DNA of 64,000 nucleotides from an uncultured Clostridia bacterium (GCA_934121875.1 CAKOVG010000001.1:12442-76441); one strand, 5' to 3'; positions 1 to 12,337 are shown, counted from the stretch's first letter. Program-made: numbers and translations. The notes: generated from the sequence alone by a model not told the origin.

Positions 1-121
1 ATATAACTACATATGCAATTGTTTTACTAATTTTTTGTATTGCTAATTTTTTATAATCTTCTAGTCCAAATATACTTATTTTTAACTTTTTCCAAAATGA
101 AATTTTTACTTCTTCTTCCAC
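1..121 (-). CDS. N-terminal fragment of an unidentified gene running off the window edge (GTG start at 121 on minus strand, GAAGGGA-like RBS)
   Basis: Open frame on minus strand from a GTG at 121 to the window edge (VEEEVKISFWKKLKISIFGLEDYKK...). It lies 20 nt downstream of the cysS stop. No recognisable domain. Confidence 0.25.
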   Translation of the reverse strand, partial: MEEEVKISFWKKLKISIFGLEDYKKLAIQKISKTIAYVVI

Positions 122-140
122 TTTTTTATCCCTTCTACTA

Positions 141-1541
141 TTATATTCTTTCTACTGTCATTCCATCTTTTGTATCTTTTACTAAATAACCTTTTTCTTT
201 TAGGCTATCTCTAATTTCATCTGATAAACTCCAATTTTTTTCAGTCCTTGCTTGTTTTCTTTTTTCTAATAGTTCTTGTATTTCTATTGGTAATTCTACT
301 TTTTTGCTTTCTTCTAAATATTTTTTGCTGTTTTCTAAGTCTAATCCTAATACCTTATCAAATTTTAGTAATAATTCTGCAAATTGTTCTGATTTATGCT
401 CATTTCTCACTATTTCCCATACAATTCCCATTGCAGCAGGCATATTTAAATCATCATTTATTGTTTCCAAAAATTTATTTTCATATTCTTTTATTTCTTG
501 TTCATTTATATTTTCTGTTCCTTCTTGATGTTTTACAAAACCTTCCCTTAAGCGCATTAGTGCTTTTTGTGTTGCTAAAGCTGTGTCAAAGGTAAAGTTT
601 AGTTTTGTACGATAATGCGCTGTAAAACAGAATAATTTATATGCTAATGGTTCAATTCCTTTTTCTTGTAATTGATCTAATGTATATGTATTTCCTAAAG
701 ATTTTGACATTTTTCCGCCATCAACTTGTAAGAATTCAACATGCATCCAAGTTTTTGCTGGAATTTTACCTGTTAACCCTTTGCTTTGAGCAATTTCGTT
801 TTCATGATGTGTTGGTATATGGTCTATTCCTCCTGTGTGTATATCAAATTGATCTCCTAAATATTTTCTTCCCATTGCTGAACATTCTATGTGCCAACCT
901 GGATAAGATAATCCCCATGGGCTTTCCCATTTCATAATATGATTTTCAGGTGCTTTAATCCATAATGCAAAATCATATGGATTTCTTTTTTCTGTATCTA
1001 CATCGACTCTTGCTCCTGCTATTTGTTCATCTAATTTTCTGTTTGATAATACTGGATATTTATCTAATTTTGAAATATCAAAGTACATTCCTTTACTTGT
1101 TTCATATGCATATCCATTTTTAACTAATCCTTGAACAAATTCTAGCATCTCTTGTATATGGTCTGTAGCTTTTGCAATAATTTCTGGCTTTTCTATATTA
1201 AGTCTTGCCATATCTCTAAAAAATATTTCTGTATAGTATTTTGCTATTTCATATGGATCTTTATTTTCCTTTTTGGCTGCTTTTTCCATTTTATCTTCGC
1301 CATCGTCAGCATCAGACTCTAAATGTCCTACATCTGTAATGTTCATTACATGATTTAACTTGTATCCATTATATTCTAATACTCTTCTTAGAGTGTCCAT
1401 AAATACATATGCTCTAAAATTACCAATATGTGCAAAACTATATACTGTTGGTCCACATGAATAAATACGAATTGTATTTCCTTCTAATGGTTTGAATTCC
1501 TCTTTAGTTCTTGTTAATGTATTATATAATTGTATTGACAT
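141..1541 (-). CDS. cysS: cysteine--tRNA ligase
   Basis: 466 aa with class I aaRS HIGN (HIGH-type) and KMSKS motifs (HIGNFRAY, KMSKSLGN). The N-terminus resembles CysRS (IYSCGPTVY). Confidence 0.9.
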   Translation of the reverse strand: MSIQLYNTLTRTKEEFKPLEGNTIRIYSCGPTVYSFAHIGNFRAYVFMDTLRRVLEYNGYKLNHVMNITDVGHLESDADDGEDKMEKAAKKENKDPYEIAKYYTEIFFRDMARLNIEKPEIIAKATDHIQEMLEFVQGLVKNGYAYETSKGMYFDISKLDKYPVLSNRKLDEQIAGARVDVDTEKRNPYDFALWIKAPENHIMKWESPWGLSYPGWHIECSAMGRKYLGDQFDIHTGGIDHIPTHHENEIAQSKGLTGKIPAKTWMHVEFLQVDGGKMSKSLGNTYTLDQLQEKGIEPLAYKLFCFTAHYRTKLNFTFDTALATQKALMRLREGFVKHQEGTENINEQEIKEYENKFLETINDDLNMPAAMGIVWEIVRNEHKSEQFAELLLKFDKVLGLDLENSKKYLEESKKVELPIEIQELLEKRKQARTEKNWSLSDEIRDSLKEKGYLVKDTKDGMTVERI

Positions 1542-1557
1542 AAAAATCCCCCTTTTT

Positions 1558-4260
1558 TTAAGTTGTAGTATTATTTGTTACCGTAGAGTTTGTATTGCCT
1601 CCTGCTGGTACATCATTATTTGTAGGTGGTACAATAGTATTTTCTGATGGCTTACCATTATTTTCACCTGGTTTTTCTGTATTAGTATTTGGTTTTTCTG
1701 TTTCTTGAGGTTGATTATTTAATTTATTTACTGTAATTACAATGCTTGCTCCTTTTATTACCTTTGTTCCTTCTACCAAACTTTGTTTTAACACAACACC
1801 ATTTGCCTTATTTGAATGTTTTTCATAAACTACTTGAATATTTAATCCTTTTAATTCTGCTTTTGCTTCTGCTTCCGTTTTTCCAACTAAGTTCGTTATC
1901 GTAACCATACTGGTTGTTTCATTATGAATAGTACATTTTTCTGTTGGTACTTTATATTTGTCATTTTTTACAGTCCAGTTTTTGTTATTTTCTTTTTCTG
2001 GTTTTGCTGTATATGTTTTTTCTTCTGTTTCTAAACAATATTCTGTTGCAATCTTTCCAGATTCTTTACATATTTTTACTTTTTCATGACCGTCACAAGT
2101 TTTTGGTACATTTCCCTTTGTAAAGTATTCTGTATATTTTTTAGTACATTCTTTAGTTGCTATTTTTCCGCTTTCTTTACATATTACTGCTGTTACAACT
2201 CCGTCTGGTCTAGTGAATCTCTTTTTAGGCAAGTTTTTGTGAACAGTTTTCATTATATTTGCCCATATACTTCTTGCGGCCCAAATTTGATATAGCTCAA
2301 TTTCTCCTTGGTCATATCCATACCATGTAGCTCCTGCATAATATGGTGTATATCCACAAAGCCATACGTTTGTATCATTATCTGTAGTACCTGTTTTACA
2401 AGCTACGTCCATTCCTGATATAGCACATGCTCCTGCAGTTCCTCCATATCCGTTTACAACGTCTGTTAATATATCTGATACTATAAATGCATTTGCTTCT
2501 GATATTACTCTTCTTGTTTCTTGTTTTGGTTCTACAACTATATTTCCATCACTGTCAGTTAATTTAGTATAAAATGTTGGTTCTATATATACACCTTTGT
2601 TTGCAAGTGCTGCATATGCTGCTGCCATTTGTAATGTGTTAGAACCATGATGTGCTCCTCCTATTGCTAAGCTCATCACTCCGTCATCTTCTTTAGTATA
2701 TGTTGTAAGTCCAAATTCATGTAAGTAATCTATTGCTTTTTCTATTCCAACATTATATGCCATTTTTATATTAACAATGTTAGAGGAAACCTCTATTGCT
2801 TTTCTTACGGTACATAGCCCTTGATATCCACCTGCATTTTTAGGTGAATAATTTCCTTTAAATGTAGTTAATGAATCGTCAAATACTGTTCCTGCTGTAA
2901 TTACTTTTTCTTCTAATCCTGGTGCGAGATTAGCTAGTGGTTTTATAGATGAACCTGTTTGTCTTTCACTTATTGCATAGTTATAGTTGGTTCCTTGATC
3001 ATTTCCTAAGGCTCCCACCATAGCAACTACCTTTCCTGTTGAAGGCTCTATAATAGTAGTACCTGCTTGTGTTCTAGCTTTTACTTTTATATTTTTACCA
3101 TTTGCATCTTTAAGTGTTACTGTTTTGTTTTGTACATAGTTCTTTTTAGACATTTCTTTTAATACTGCATTTTGAATTGATGTAACTTGTGTTGTATATA
3201 GTTTATATCCTCCTGATTGAATCATTGCTTTAGCTTCTGCAAAGTCAATATCTTTAGCTTCTGCTAAATCTCTTGCGGCATTTTTTACTGCTTCATTTAC
3301 AAAATATGAAATGTTACCAATTTCTATTGTACCCTTTTTAAATTCAAAGCCTTTATTAACTTTCTCTACAGCTTCATTATATAGTTTTTCTGCTTCTTCT
3401 GTGTCATTACTAATTCTATTTTGTTCTCTCATAAAGTATAATACTAATTTTGTTCTTTCTTTTATTAACTCACTGTTGTCTGCTTCTCCATATGGATTAT
3501 ACATATTAGGGCCATCGTTTATTCCTGCTAAAAATGCAGACTCCGCTAAGTCTAGGTCCTTTGCTGATTTAGCAAAGTAATATTGTGCTCCATATTCTAC
3601 TCCGTGAAGATCGTTGCCACCTATGAATATGATGTTTAAGTATTTTTCAATTATTTGGTTCTTTGTTAGCATAGTTTCTACTTTGTATGCTCTTGACATT
3701 TCGCGAATTTTTCTTTCCATTCCAGCAGCACCTGTGTCAGCTTTATCTTTCATAATGTTTTTAACTAATTGTTGTGTAATAGTACTTCCACCACCAACAT
3801 CTGAACTTCCTCTATTTAATACATAGCTTAAGGTTGCTTTAGTTGTTCTTATAAGGTCAACTCCTGAATGTTCATAAAATCTTTTATCTTCTATTGCAAT
3901 ATATGCATTTGGAGTATATTTACCCATTTGGTCTAATGTAATTACTTTTCTGTTTCCATTACCTTCTGTGGCCGACAATACTGATGTTTGTTCTTCTTCT
4001 GAATCATACACCTCTGAATTTCCACTTGAGATTAATTCTTCCTTAGTAATAGTCCATTTATCACTAAAGAATATTCCTGCAAAAACTCCTCCACCAACAA
4101 GCATTGCCAAAAATATTAATATTATAAATATTAATATTACTCTTTTTAACACTGGATGCTTTTTTACCTTTATTTTGTCTGCCTTTCCTTCTTTTTTGCT
4201 TCTTTTTATTTTATATTGTTTTGTATCTTTTACTTCTTTTTTTTTGCTTCCCATGAGCAT
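1558..4260 (-). CDS. class A penicillin-binding protein (bifunctional glycosyltransferase/transpeptidase, PBP1A-like)
   Basis: 900 aa with an N-terminal TM anchor, a GT51 transglycosylase region and a transpeptidase region. The C-terminus carries PASTA-like repeats and an Asn/Thr/Pro-rich tail. Confidence 0.8.
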   Translation of the reverse strand: MLMGSKKKEVKDTKQYKIKRSKKEGKADKIKVKKHPVLKRVILIFIILIFLAMLVGGGVFAGIFFSDKWTITKEELISSGNSEVYDSEEEQTSVLSATEGNGNRKVITLDQMGKYTPNAYIAIEDKRFYEHSGVDLIRTTKATLSYVLNRGSSDVGGGSTITQQLVKNIMKDKADTGAAGMERKIREMSRAYKVETMLTKNQIIEKYLNIIFIGGNDLHGVEYGAQYYFAKSAKDLDLAESAFLAGINDGPNMYNPYGEADNSELIKERTKLVLYFMREQNRISNDTEEAEKLYNEAVEKVNKGFEFKKGTIEIGNISYFVNEAVKNAARDLAEAKDIDFAEAKAMIQSGGYKLYTTQVTSIQNAVLKEMSKKNYVQNKTVTLKDANGKNIKVKARTQAGTTIIEPSTGKVVAMVGALGNDQGTNYNYAISERQTGSSIKPLANLAPGLEEKVITAGTVFDDSLTTFKGNYSPKNAGGYQGLCTVRKAIEVSSNIVNIKMAYNVGIEKAIDYLHEFGLTTYTKEDDGVMSLAIGGAHHGSNTLQMAAAYAALANKGVYIEPTFYTKLTDSDGNIVVEPKQETRRVISEANAFIVSDILTDVVNGYGGTAGACAISGMDVACKTGTTDNDTNVWLCGYTPYYAGATWYGYDQGEIELYQIWAARSIWANIMKTVHKNLPKKRFTRPDGVVTAVICKESGKIATKECTKKYTEYFTKGNVPKTCDGHEKVKICKESGKIATEYCLETEEKTYTAKPEKENNKNWTVKNDKYKVPTEKCTIHNETTSMVTITNLVGKTEAEAKAELKGLNIQVVYEKHSNKANGVVLKQSLVEGTKVIKGASIVITVNKLNNQPQETEKPNTNTEKPGENNGKPSENTIVPPTNNDVPAGGNTNSTVTNNTTT

Positions 4261-4392
4261 ATCCTCCCTTGGATAGATTTTACCATGTATATTATATAAT
4301 ATATTCGTAAAAAAGCAAAGTATTTTAATAAATTTTTAATGTTTAAAAAAATACCAATAATTCACAATGTGAATATTGGTATTTATATATAT

Positions 4393-5552
4393 TTATCCAA
4401 ATAGTCCTTTCTTTTTTACTGGTGGTTGTTCATTCATAGTTTTTGCAAGTTTCATTAATAAATCTCTTTGCTCGGTTGTAAGCTTTTTAGGTACTTGTAC
4501 TTGTACTGTAAATACAAAATCTCCTTGTGCACTGCTGTTTACTCCTTTGAATCCTTTATTTCTTATTGTAAATTTAGTTCCTGGTTGAGTTGCATCTGGT
4601 ATTTTATAGATTTCTGTTGTTCCATCAACCATTGGTATTTTTAACTCTGCACCTAATGTTGCTTGTGTAAAGGTAATTGGAATATCGCAAAGTACATTAT
4701 TGCCCTTTCTACTATAAATACTATGTCTTTTAACATGTATTAATATATATAAATCGCCTTTTGTTCCACCATTTGTACCTGGTTCTCCTTCGCCTTGCAT
4801 TACTATTGTTTGACCATCATCTACACCTGCTGGAATTTTAACAGTTAAATGTACTTGGTTTCTAACAGTTCCTTTGCCTCTGCAAGTTTCGCAAGGATTA
4901 GTTATTACTTTACCAGTTCCATGACAATTAGTACATGTTCTAGTAGTTTGCATTTGTCCAAGTATTGTAGTTTGAACTTGCTTAATTTGTCCTGTTCCAT
5001 GACATACACTACATGTTTCAGGGTGTGTACCTGGTTTTGTACCTTCTCCATGGCAAGTATCACAAGTTTCATTTCTATTTATTGTTACATATCTTTCTGT
5101 TCCTAAGAAAGATTCTTCAAAACTTATATCTATATCATAGCGTAAATCTGTACCTTTTTTAGGTCCATTTCTTCTTGCACTTCTTGAAGAGCCTCCAAAT
5201 CCACCACCAAAGAATGAAGAGAATATATCTCCTAAATCTCCAAAGTCTCCAAATCCATCAAAACCTGTTGTGTATGTATATGTACCACCGCCAAATGGTC
5301 CTCCGGCTCCTCCTCCGAAGCCTTGAGGTCCATCTGCTCCAAATTGGTCATACATCTTTCTCTTTTGAGGATTTGATAAAGTTTCATAAGCTTCATTTAC
5401 TTCTTTAAACTTTTTTTCTGCCTCTTCTTTATTATCAGGATTAGCATCTGGGTGGTATTGTTTTGCAAGTTTTCTATATGCTTTTTTTAGCTCTTCATCA
5501 GTTGCATTTTTATTTACGCCTAATACCTCATAATAGTCCTTTTTTGTAGCCA

Positions 5553-5553
<1 letters not shown>
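4393..5553 (-). CDS. dnaJ: chaperone DnaJ
   Basis: J-domain with HPD (KQYHPD), a G/F-rich linker and four CxxCxGxG zinc-finger repeats. Confidence 0.9.
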
Positions 5554-7379
<1,826 letters not shown>

Positions 7380-7464
7380 TTACTTCCTTTCTAAATTTAT
7401 ATATATTTTAAAATTAATATCAGTTTAATTACTAAGCAAATCAAAATTGAGTATAACGATTTGT

Positions 7465-8013
7465 TTAGTTGGCTACAACTACCATAGAATGACGAATAAC
7501 TCTATCACCTATTTTATAGCCTTTTCTATATTCTTCTTTTACTTCTTTTTCTCCTAAGTTTTCATCTGTTACTAAACTTACAGCTTCATGAAGTTCTGGA
7601 TCAAAAGTTTTTCCAATTGCTTCAATTTCAGTTACTCCATTTGCTGTTAATACATCTTTAAATTGTTTTAAAACAAGTTCTACTCCTTGTTTATAACTTT
7701 CATCTTCCGTTTGGCTTGCTACTGCTTTTTCTAAATTGTCTATTACTGGTAAAAAGTTTGATACTACATCAGCCATAACTGAACTATATAGTCCAACTTT
7801 TTCCTTTTCATTTCTTTTTTTGTAGTTATCAAATTCTGCTGCAACCCTTTTTAGTCTATCGCTTGTTTCGTCTAATTGAATTCTAAGAGTTTCGTTTTCT
7901 TTTTTTATTTCAATTAGCTCTTCATTTTTCTTTTCTTCTTTTGGTTCTTTCTTTTCTTTTTCCATTGCGTGTTTTCCTTCTGCCATTTCATTTCTCCTTT
8001 CTTTATTGTCCAT
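7465..8013 (-). CDS. grpE: nucleotide exchange factor GrpE
   Basis: 182 aa with a charged N-terminus and a GrpE C-terminal domain. It lies between hrcA and dnaK. Confidence 0.9.
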   Translation of the reverse strand: MDNKERRNEMAEGKHAMEKEKKEPKEEKKNEELIEIKKENETLRIQLDETSDRLKRVAAEFDNYKKRNEKEKVGLYSSVMADVVSNFLPVIDNLEKAVASQTEDESYKQGVELVLKQFKDVLTANGVTEIEAIGKTFDPELHEAVSLVTDENLGEKEVKEEYRKGYKIGDRVIRHSMVVVAN

Positions 8014-9007
8014 TTAGTTTTTTGCTAATATATTTCATAACTGAAATAACTTTTGAATAGTCCATTCTCTTTGGGCCTATAATTCCAATAGTTCCTAAGT
8101 CTTTGTCTTGATATCTATGTTTAAATGTTACTATACTAAAATCTTTTAATTGTTCATTTTCGTTTTCATCACCTATATATACATTTATATCTTTTGCAAA
8201 TCCTGTATTTAGTAAGTCTAGCATGACTTGTTTTGTGTCTATTAAATTTACAAAGTTTTTTGCAACTTCTAAACTTTTAAATTCTGGAAGCTCAAACACT
8301 TTATTAGTACCTTCTAAGTACACTTTTGCTTCTTCATTTATTACTTTGTCTAATTGCTGCATAATTGGTTTTATAACATTTAAGCTATAGTTCATTTCTG
8401 TAAATATATATTCTTCCAAAGGCTTATCTATTTCATCTATTGGCTTACCCTTTAGTTTGTTATTAAATATAAAATTTAGAGTATTTACTTGATCTTCTGT
8501 AATATCTTCATCAAATTTAATAATAGTTTCTTTTATAATTCCTGTATCTGTTAATATTACAGCCATCAACATTCTAGTTCCTAAAAGAACAAATTTTACT
8601 TCTTCTATGTTTTGTAAGTTTGTTTTTGGACCTATTGCAACAGATGTGTAGTGTGTAACTTCTGATAGAGTATTTGTAGCTATTTTAGTAAGTTCTTCAA
8701 TTTCATTAACCCTAGTTTCTAATTTGGTTTGTATATATTTTATTTCTTCTAGGCTAATGTCATCATCTTTTAATAGTTCATCCACATATAATCTGTAACC
8801 TTTTGCTGATGGAACTCTTCCACTTGATGTATGTGGTTTGTCTAAGTACCCACTTTTTTCTAAGTCTGCCATTTCATTTCTGATTGTTGCACTACTATAA
8901 TCCAAATTATATTTTTGTACTAGTGCTCCTGAGCTAACAGGTTCTGCTGTGCTAATATATTCTTCTATTATCGCTTGTAATATTTGTTTTTTTCTATCAT
9001 CTAACAC
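8003..9007 (-). CDS. hrcA: heat-inducible transcription repressor HrcA
   Basis: 334 aa with an N-terminal winged-helix region (EPVSSGALVQKYNLDYSSATIRNEMADLE). It is the first gene of the dnaK operon. Confidence 0.9.
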   Translation of the reverse strand: MLDDRKKQILQAIIEEYISTAEPVSSGALVQKYNLDYSSATIRNEMADLEKSGYLDKPHTSSGRVPSAKGYRLYVDELLKDDDISLEEIKYIQTKLETRVNEIEELTKIATNTLSEVTHYTSVAIGPKTNLQNIEEVKFVLLGTRMLMAVILTDTGIIKETIIKFDEDITEDQVNTLNFIFNNKLKGKPIDEIDKPLEEYIFTEMNYSLNVIKPIMQQLDKVINEEAKVYLEGTNKVFELPEFKSLEVAKNFVNLIDTKQVMLDLLNTGFAKDINVYIGDENENEQLKDFSIVTFKHRYQDKDLGTIGIIGPKRMDYSKVISVMKYISKKLNGQ

Positions 9008-9035
9008 ATTTTCACCTTCTAACTCTTTTATGTAT

Positions 9036-9062
9036 TTAGCACTCTTGGTTGTTGTTTGCTAA
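9036..9062. promoter_or_regulatory. CIRCE-like palindrome upstream of hrcA (TTAGCACTC-N9-GTTTGCTAA, degenerate right arm); second palindrome TTAGCAAT-N11-ATTGCTAA at about 9088..9114
   Basis: The left arm matches the CIRCE consensus TTAGCACTC exactly, and the right arm has 3 mismatches against GAGTGCTAA. The site lies in the hrcA promoter region. Confidence 0.45.
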
Positions 9063-9150
9063 ACTGCATATATATTATATCCATTTTTAGCAATTGTCAA
9101 TACATATTGCTAAAAATTTGTGTGAAATTTATGTGAAAAAAGGAAGAATT

Positions 9151-10320
9151 TTAAATAAATTCTTCCCATACTATATTGGCTAAGTCTAGTCCTTTGTTAG
9201 TTAGTTTAATTTGATCGCCATCTATTTCTATTAAATTTTCATTAACTAATTTTTCTAGTTTATCATGATATAGAAACACTGGATTTGCTATAAATTTTAT
9301 TTTAAATTCTTGTATGCTAACTCCATCTATTTTTCTTAATCCTAACAGCATGTACTCTTTTTGCATTGCTTCCATATCTTGCTTTTCATGGAATACTAAA
9401 TTTTCTTCTGTTTTGTCCTCTTTATAATTTTTTATATACTTTTCTAAGCTTTCTATATTTGAATATCTTATTCCATTTGTATATGAATGTGCTGCCACTC
9501 CGAAGCCTATATATTCTTTTTGATTCCAACAGTCTAAGTTGTGTTTTGACTCATAACCTTGTTTTGCGAAATTAGATATTTCATAGTGATTGTATCCATT
9601 TGTTTCTAAAATTTGCTTTACAGTCCAATACATTTTACGTTCTATTTCTTCGTCTGGTAGTTCTAATCCTTCTTCTACTTTTTTGAATAATGGTGTGCCT
9701 TCTTCTAATATTAATGAATATACAGAAATATGTTCTGGTTCCATTGAGATTATTTCTTCAATTGAATCTTGAACTTCTGCTAGTGTTTGATTTGGAAGTC
9801 CTATCATTAAATCTATATTTATATTTTCAAAGCCCGCTTCCCTTGCAAATCTGTAGGTATCTAAAAAATCTAAATATGTATGTATTCTTCCAATTTCTTT
9901 CAACAAATACTCATGTGTAGATTGTAGCCCTATACTTAGTCTATTTATTCCTGCTTTATTGTAATCTTCTAATTTTTCAAGTGTTACTGTTCCTGGATTA
10001 ACTTCTATTGTAATTTCTATATTTTTATCAAGTTCAAAATTTGATTTTATTTCTTCCATAACTTGAACTATATATTTGCTTTCAATTAGTGAGGGTGTTC
10101 CTCCTCCAATATATATAGTTTTGACACAAAACAAATCATCCTTCCCATTTTCAAAGTCAACTCTATTATTGCTTCCTACTTCTTTAACTTCTTGTAACAA
10201 GCATTTTATATATTTTAAAATCAAATCTTCTTTTTCTGCATATGAACAAAAATCGCAATAACTACATTTTTGCTTGCAAAATGGAATGTGGATGTATAGT
10301 CCAATTTGTTTTCTTCGCAT
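9151..10320 (-). CDS. hemW: radical SAM heme chaperone HemW (HemN-like, oxygen-independent coproporphyrinogen oxidase family)
   Basis: The CxxxCxxC radical SAM motif is present (FCKQKCSYCDF). The position upstream of hrcA is the usual one in Firmicutes. Confidence 0.8.
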   Translation of the reverse strand: MRRKQIGLYIHIPFCKQKCSYCDFCSYAEKEDLILKYIKCLLQEVKEVGSNNRVDFENGKDDLFCVKTIYIGGGTPSLIESKYIVQVMEEIKSNFELDKNIEITIEVNPGTVTLEKLEDYNKAGINRLSIGLQSTHEYLLKEIGRIHTYLDFLDTYRFAREAGFENINIDLMIGLPNQTLAEVQDSIEEIISMEPEHISVYSLILEEGTPLFKKVEEGLELPDEEIERKMYWTVKQILETNGYNHYEISNFAKQGYESKHNLDCWNQKEYIGFGVAAHSYTNGIRYSNIESLEKYIKNYKEDKTEENLVFHEKQDMEAMQKEYMLLGLRKIDGVSIQEFKIKFIANPVFLYHDKLEKLVNENLIEIDGDQIKLTNKGLDLANIVWEEFI

Positions 10321-10390
10321 AAGTTTCTTCCTTCCTAAATTATACTTTCTTCTGGTTTGGCACGTCGCTTACACACTTTTTATTTTTCAA

Positions 10391-10477
10391 ATCCGGCACG
10401 TCGCTTGCACTTTGAATATATTTTTTCTCGACTAAAGCACGAAAAAATATATGTCAAAGTCGCTGTGCCTGCTCTAA
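10391..10477. repeat. Intergenic repeat family 1, copy A (about 87 bp imperfect long hairpin; a partial extra half-copy lies at 10359..10380)
   Basis: This copy is near-identical to 56645..56730. Its arms (GGCAC...TTTGAATATATTTTTT / AAAAAATATATGTCAAA...GTGCC) can pair. Confidence 0.6.
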
Positions 10478-10562
10478 TAAATCAAATGCTTTTTCTAAAT
10501 AGTAAATTATACAAGCGACATGCTGAATTGAATGATGTGCCAAACTTTAAAAAGTATAACTG

Positions 10563-11447
10563 TCATTGTCTAAATTTCAAAACAAATTGTTCTATGTTGT
10601 AAAAGCGATGATTTACACCTGACTTTCCTATTGGTTTTGATAGCATTTTACCTATTTCTACTAGTGAGGCTTCTGGATTTTCTAATCTTAAGTTTGCTAT
10701 TTCTTGTAGTTGTTCCGGCATTTTTTCAAATTGACTAATTTGTTTTAAATATTTAATATCTTCTATTTGTTTTAGTGCTGCATTTACAGTTTTATTTAAG
10801 TTTGCTGTTTCGCAATTTACCTTTCTATTTACATTGTTTCTAATATCTCTATATACTCGCACCTCTTCAAATTTAAGTACCGAACTATTTGCTCCTATAA
10901 GTGCCAAAAATTTTGAAATTTCATCTCCATCTTTTGTATATATTGCATATCCATTTTTCTTTTCTATAATTTTAAATTGTATTTCATATTTATTTAATAT
11001 TTTTAATATTGTATTAACATTTTGCTCTGTTGAAAATGTTATTTCCAAATGGTATGTACTTTTAGGATTGTTAATTGAGCCACCGCCTAAAAAACTTCCT
11101 CTTACAAGTGCCTTTTTTAATAGTTCCTGGTCTTTTATTTTTTCAACTATATTGTTTAATACTACTTTGTTTTCATATATAACTTCTGAAATTTCTGGCT
11201 TACTTACACTAATGCAAAACTTTTTACCTATCATTTCAATTTTGTGATTTGTATATTGAAGATTATTCAATAATTTGCTAAAACGATTAATGCTGTATTC
11301 ACTTTCAGTTGAAAATTTTATTTTGTTTTTTTCTACTGATATATTATTTGAGCTTAAATATCCAAGTAATTCATATTTAACAATTTCCTTGTTTGCTAAG
11401 TTACTTAACTTACTTATTTCTTCTTTTACTTCACTTGAAAATGACAT
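10563..11447 (-). CDS. whiA: sporulation/cell-division regulator WhiA (DUF199)
   Basis: 294 aa with a LAGLIDADG-like N-terminal domain architecture and a C-terminal HTH region (KSGVNHRFYNIEQ). Confidence 0.75.
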   Translation of the reverse strand: MSFSSEVKEEISKLSNLANKEIVKYELLGYLSSNNISVEKNKIKFSTESEYSINRFSKLLNNLQYTNHKIEMIGKKFCISVSKPEISEVIYENKVVLNNIVEKIKDQELLKKALVRGSFLGGGSINNPKSTYHLEITFSTEQNVNTILKILNKYEIQFKIIEKKNGYAIYTKDGDEISKFLALIGANSSVLKFEEVRVYRDIRNNVNRKVNCETANLNKTVNAALKQIEDIKYLKQISQFEKMPEQLQEIANLRLENPEASLVEIGKMLSKPIGKSGVNHRFYNIEQFVLKFRQ

Positions 11448-11449
11448 TG

Positions 11450-12283
11450 TTAGCCCTCCTTTTGAAAAATTACTACTCTGTCGTTTCCTCCTAAATCTTT
11501 TATTGGTTGTTTTGTTATCAAGTTCAGACTTTTACGTTCTAAATTTGTAATTGCATTTCCTTGTTTGTACCCTATTTCTAGCAATAAATATCCTTTTGCA
11601 TTTAAGTATTTATATGCATTGCTTAGTATTTTTCTATAAAAGTCTAAACCATCTTTTCCTCCATCTAAAGCAATATGTGGTTCATTTTTTACTTCTTCGC
11701 TTAGTGTATTTATTACTTCGGTTTCAATATATGGTGGGTTTGAGATTATAACATCAAAAAGTTTTTCAGTTATTTTATCAAATAAATTTGATTCAATAAA
11801 CTCTATATCTACGTTATTTGTAAGTGCATTTTTATTTGCTACATCAAGTGCTTTTGGGCTTATATCTGTTGCTGTTATTATTGCGTTTTTACAATAATGA
11901 GCTATTGACACTGCTATTGCTCCGCTTCCTGTACATAAATCTAATATTTTTGCATTTGGTATTTGGTTTACTATTCTTATTGCTTCCTCTACTAAATTTT
12001 CTGTATCTGGCTGTGGAATTAATACATTTTCATCAACATAAAAATCAAGTGCCATGAATTCTTGTTTGTTAGTAATATATTGTATTGGCACTCCATTTTT
12101 TGCTTTTTGTATGCATTTTTTATATTCTTCTATTTTTTTTGTATCTACTAATTTTTCACTACTGATAATTATATTTTGTTTTAAAATGTGTTGTAACAAT
12201 ACTTTTGCTTTTATGTATGCATCTTGTATATTTGCTTGTTTTAAAATATTTTCTCCTAATTTTAATAGTTCTCTTTGTTTCAT
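11450..12283 (-). CDS. prmC: release factor glutamine N5-methyltransferase PrmC/HemK family
   Basis: The SAM-binding motif LDLCTGSGAIA and the catalytic NPPY motif (ISNPPYI) are present. Confidence 0.75.
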   Translation of the reverse strand: MKQRELLKLGENILKQANIQDAYIKAKVLLQHILKQNIIISSEKLVDTKKIEEYKKCIQKAKNGVPIQYITNKQEFMALDFYVDENVLIPQPDTENLVEEAIRIVNQIPNAKILDLCTGSGAIAVSIAHYCKNAIITATDISPKALDVANKNALTNNVDIEFIESNLFDKITEKLFDVIISNPPYIETEVINTLSEEVKNEPHIALDGGKDGLDFYRKILSNAYKYLNAKGYLLLEIGYKQGNAITNLERKSLNLITKQPIKDLGGNDRVVIFQKEG

Positions 12284-12337
12284 TTTATCACCTGCAAATA
12301 TTATATCATTTATTGGTATAGTTTTTCAATAGAAAAA

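Noticed and set aside
248-937. Plus-strand ORFs of 74-115 aa inside cysS (248..595, 304..528, 641..937). Similar antisense or off-frame ORFs occur throughout the ORF track, for example 2086..2295, 3311..4276, 5791..6885, 37741..39234 and 46049..46737.
   Set aside because: They are Leu/Phe/Ile-rich low-complexity translations typical of the antisense strand of AT-rich genes. They sit fully inside strongly supported genes and have no RBS support.
10357-10602. 81-aa ORF (and the matching 83-aa ORF at 56516..56767) sharing the peptide ARRLHFEYIFSRLKHEKIYVKVAVP
   Set aside because: The shared peptide is simply the translation of the family 1 intergenic repeat. The frames have no RBS and their flanks are unrelated, so this is a repeat and not a conserved small protein.
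11450-12283. prmC without an adjacent prfA as a sign of a novel methyltransferase system
   Set aside because: The protein carries the standard PrmC motifs, and gene order varies among Clostridia. Unlinked prfA/prmC is not unusual.
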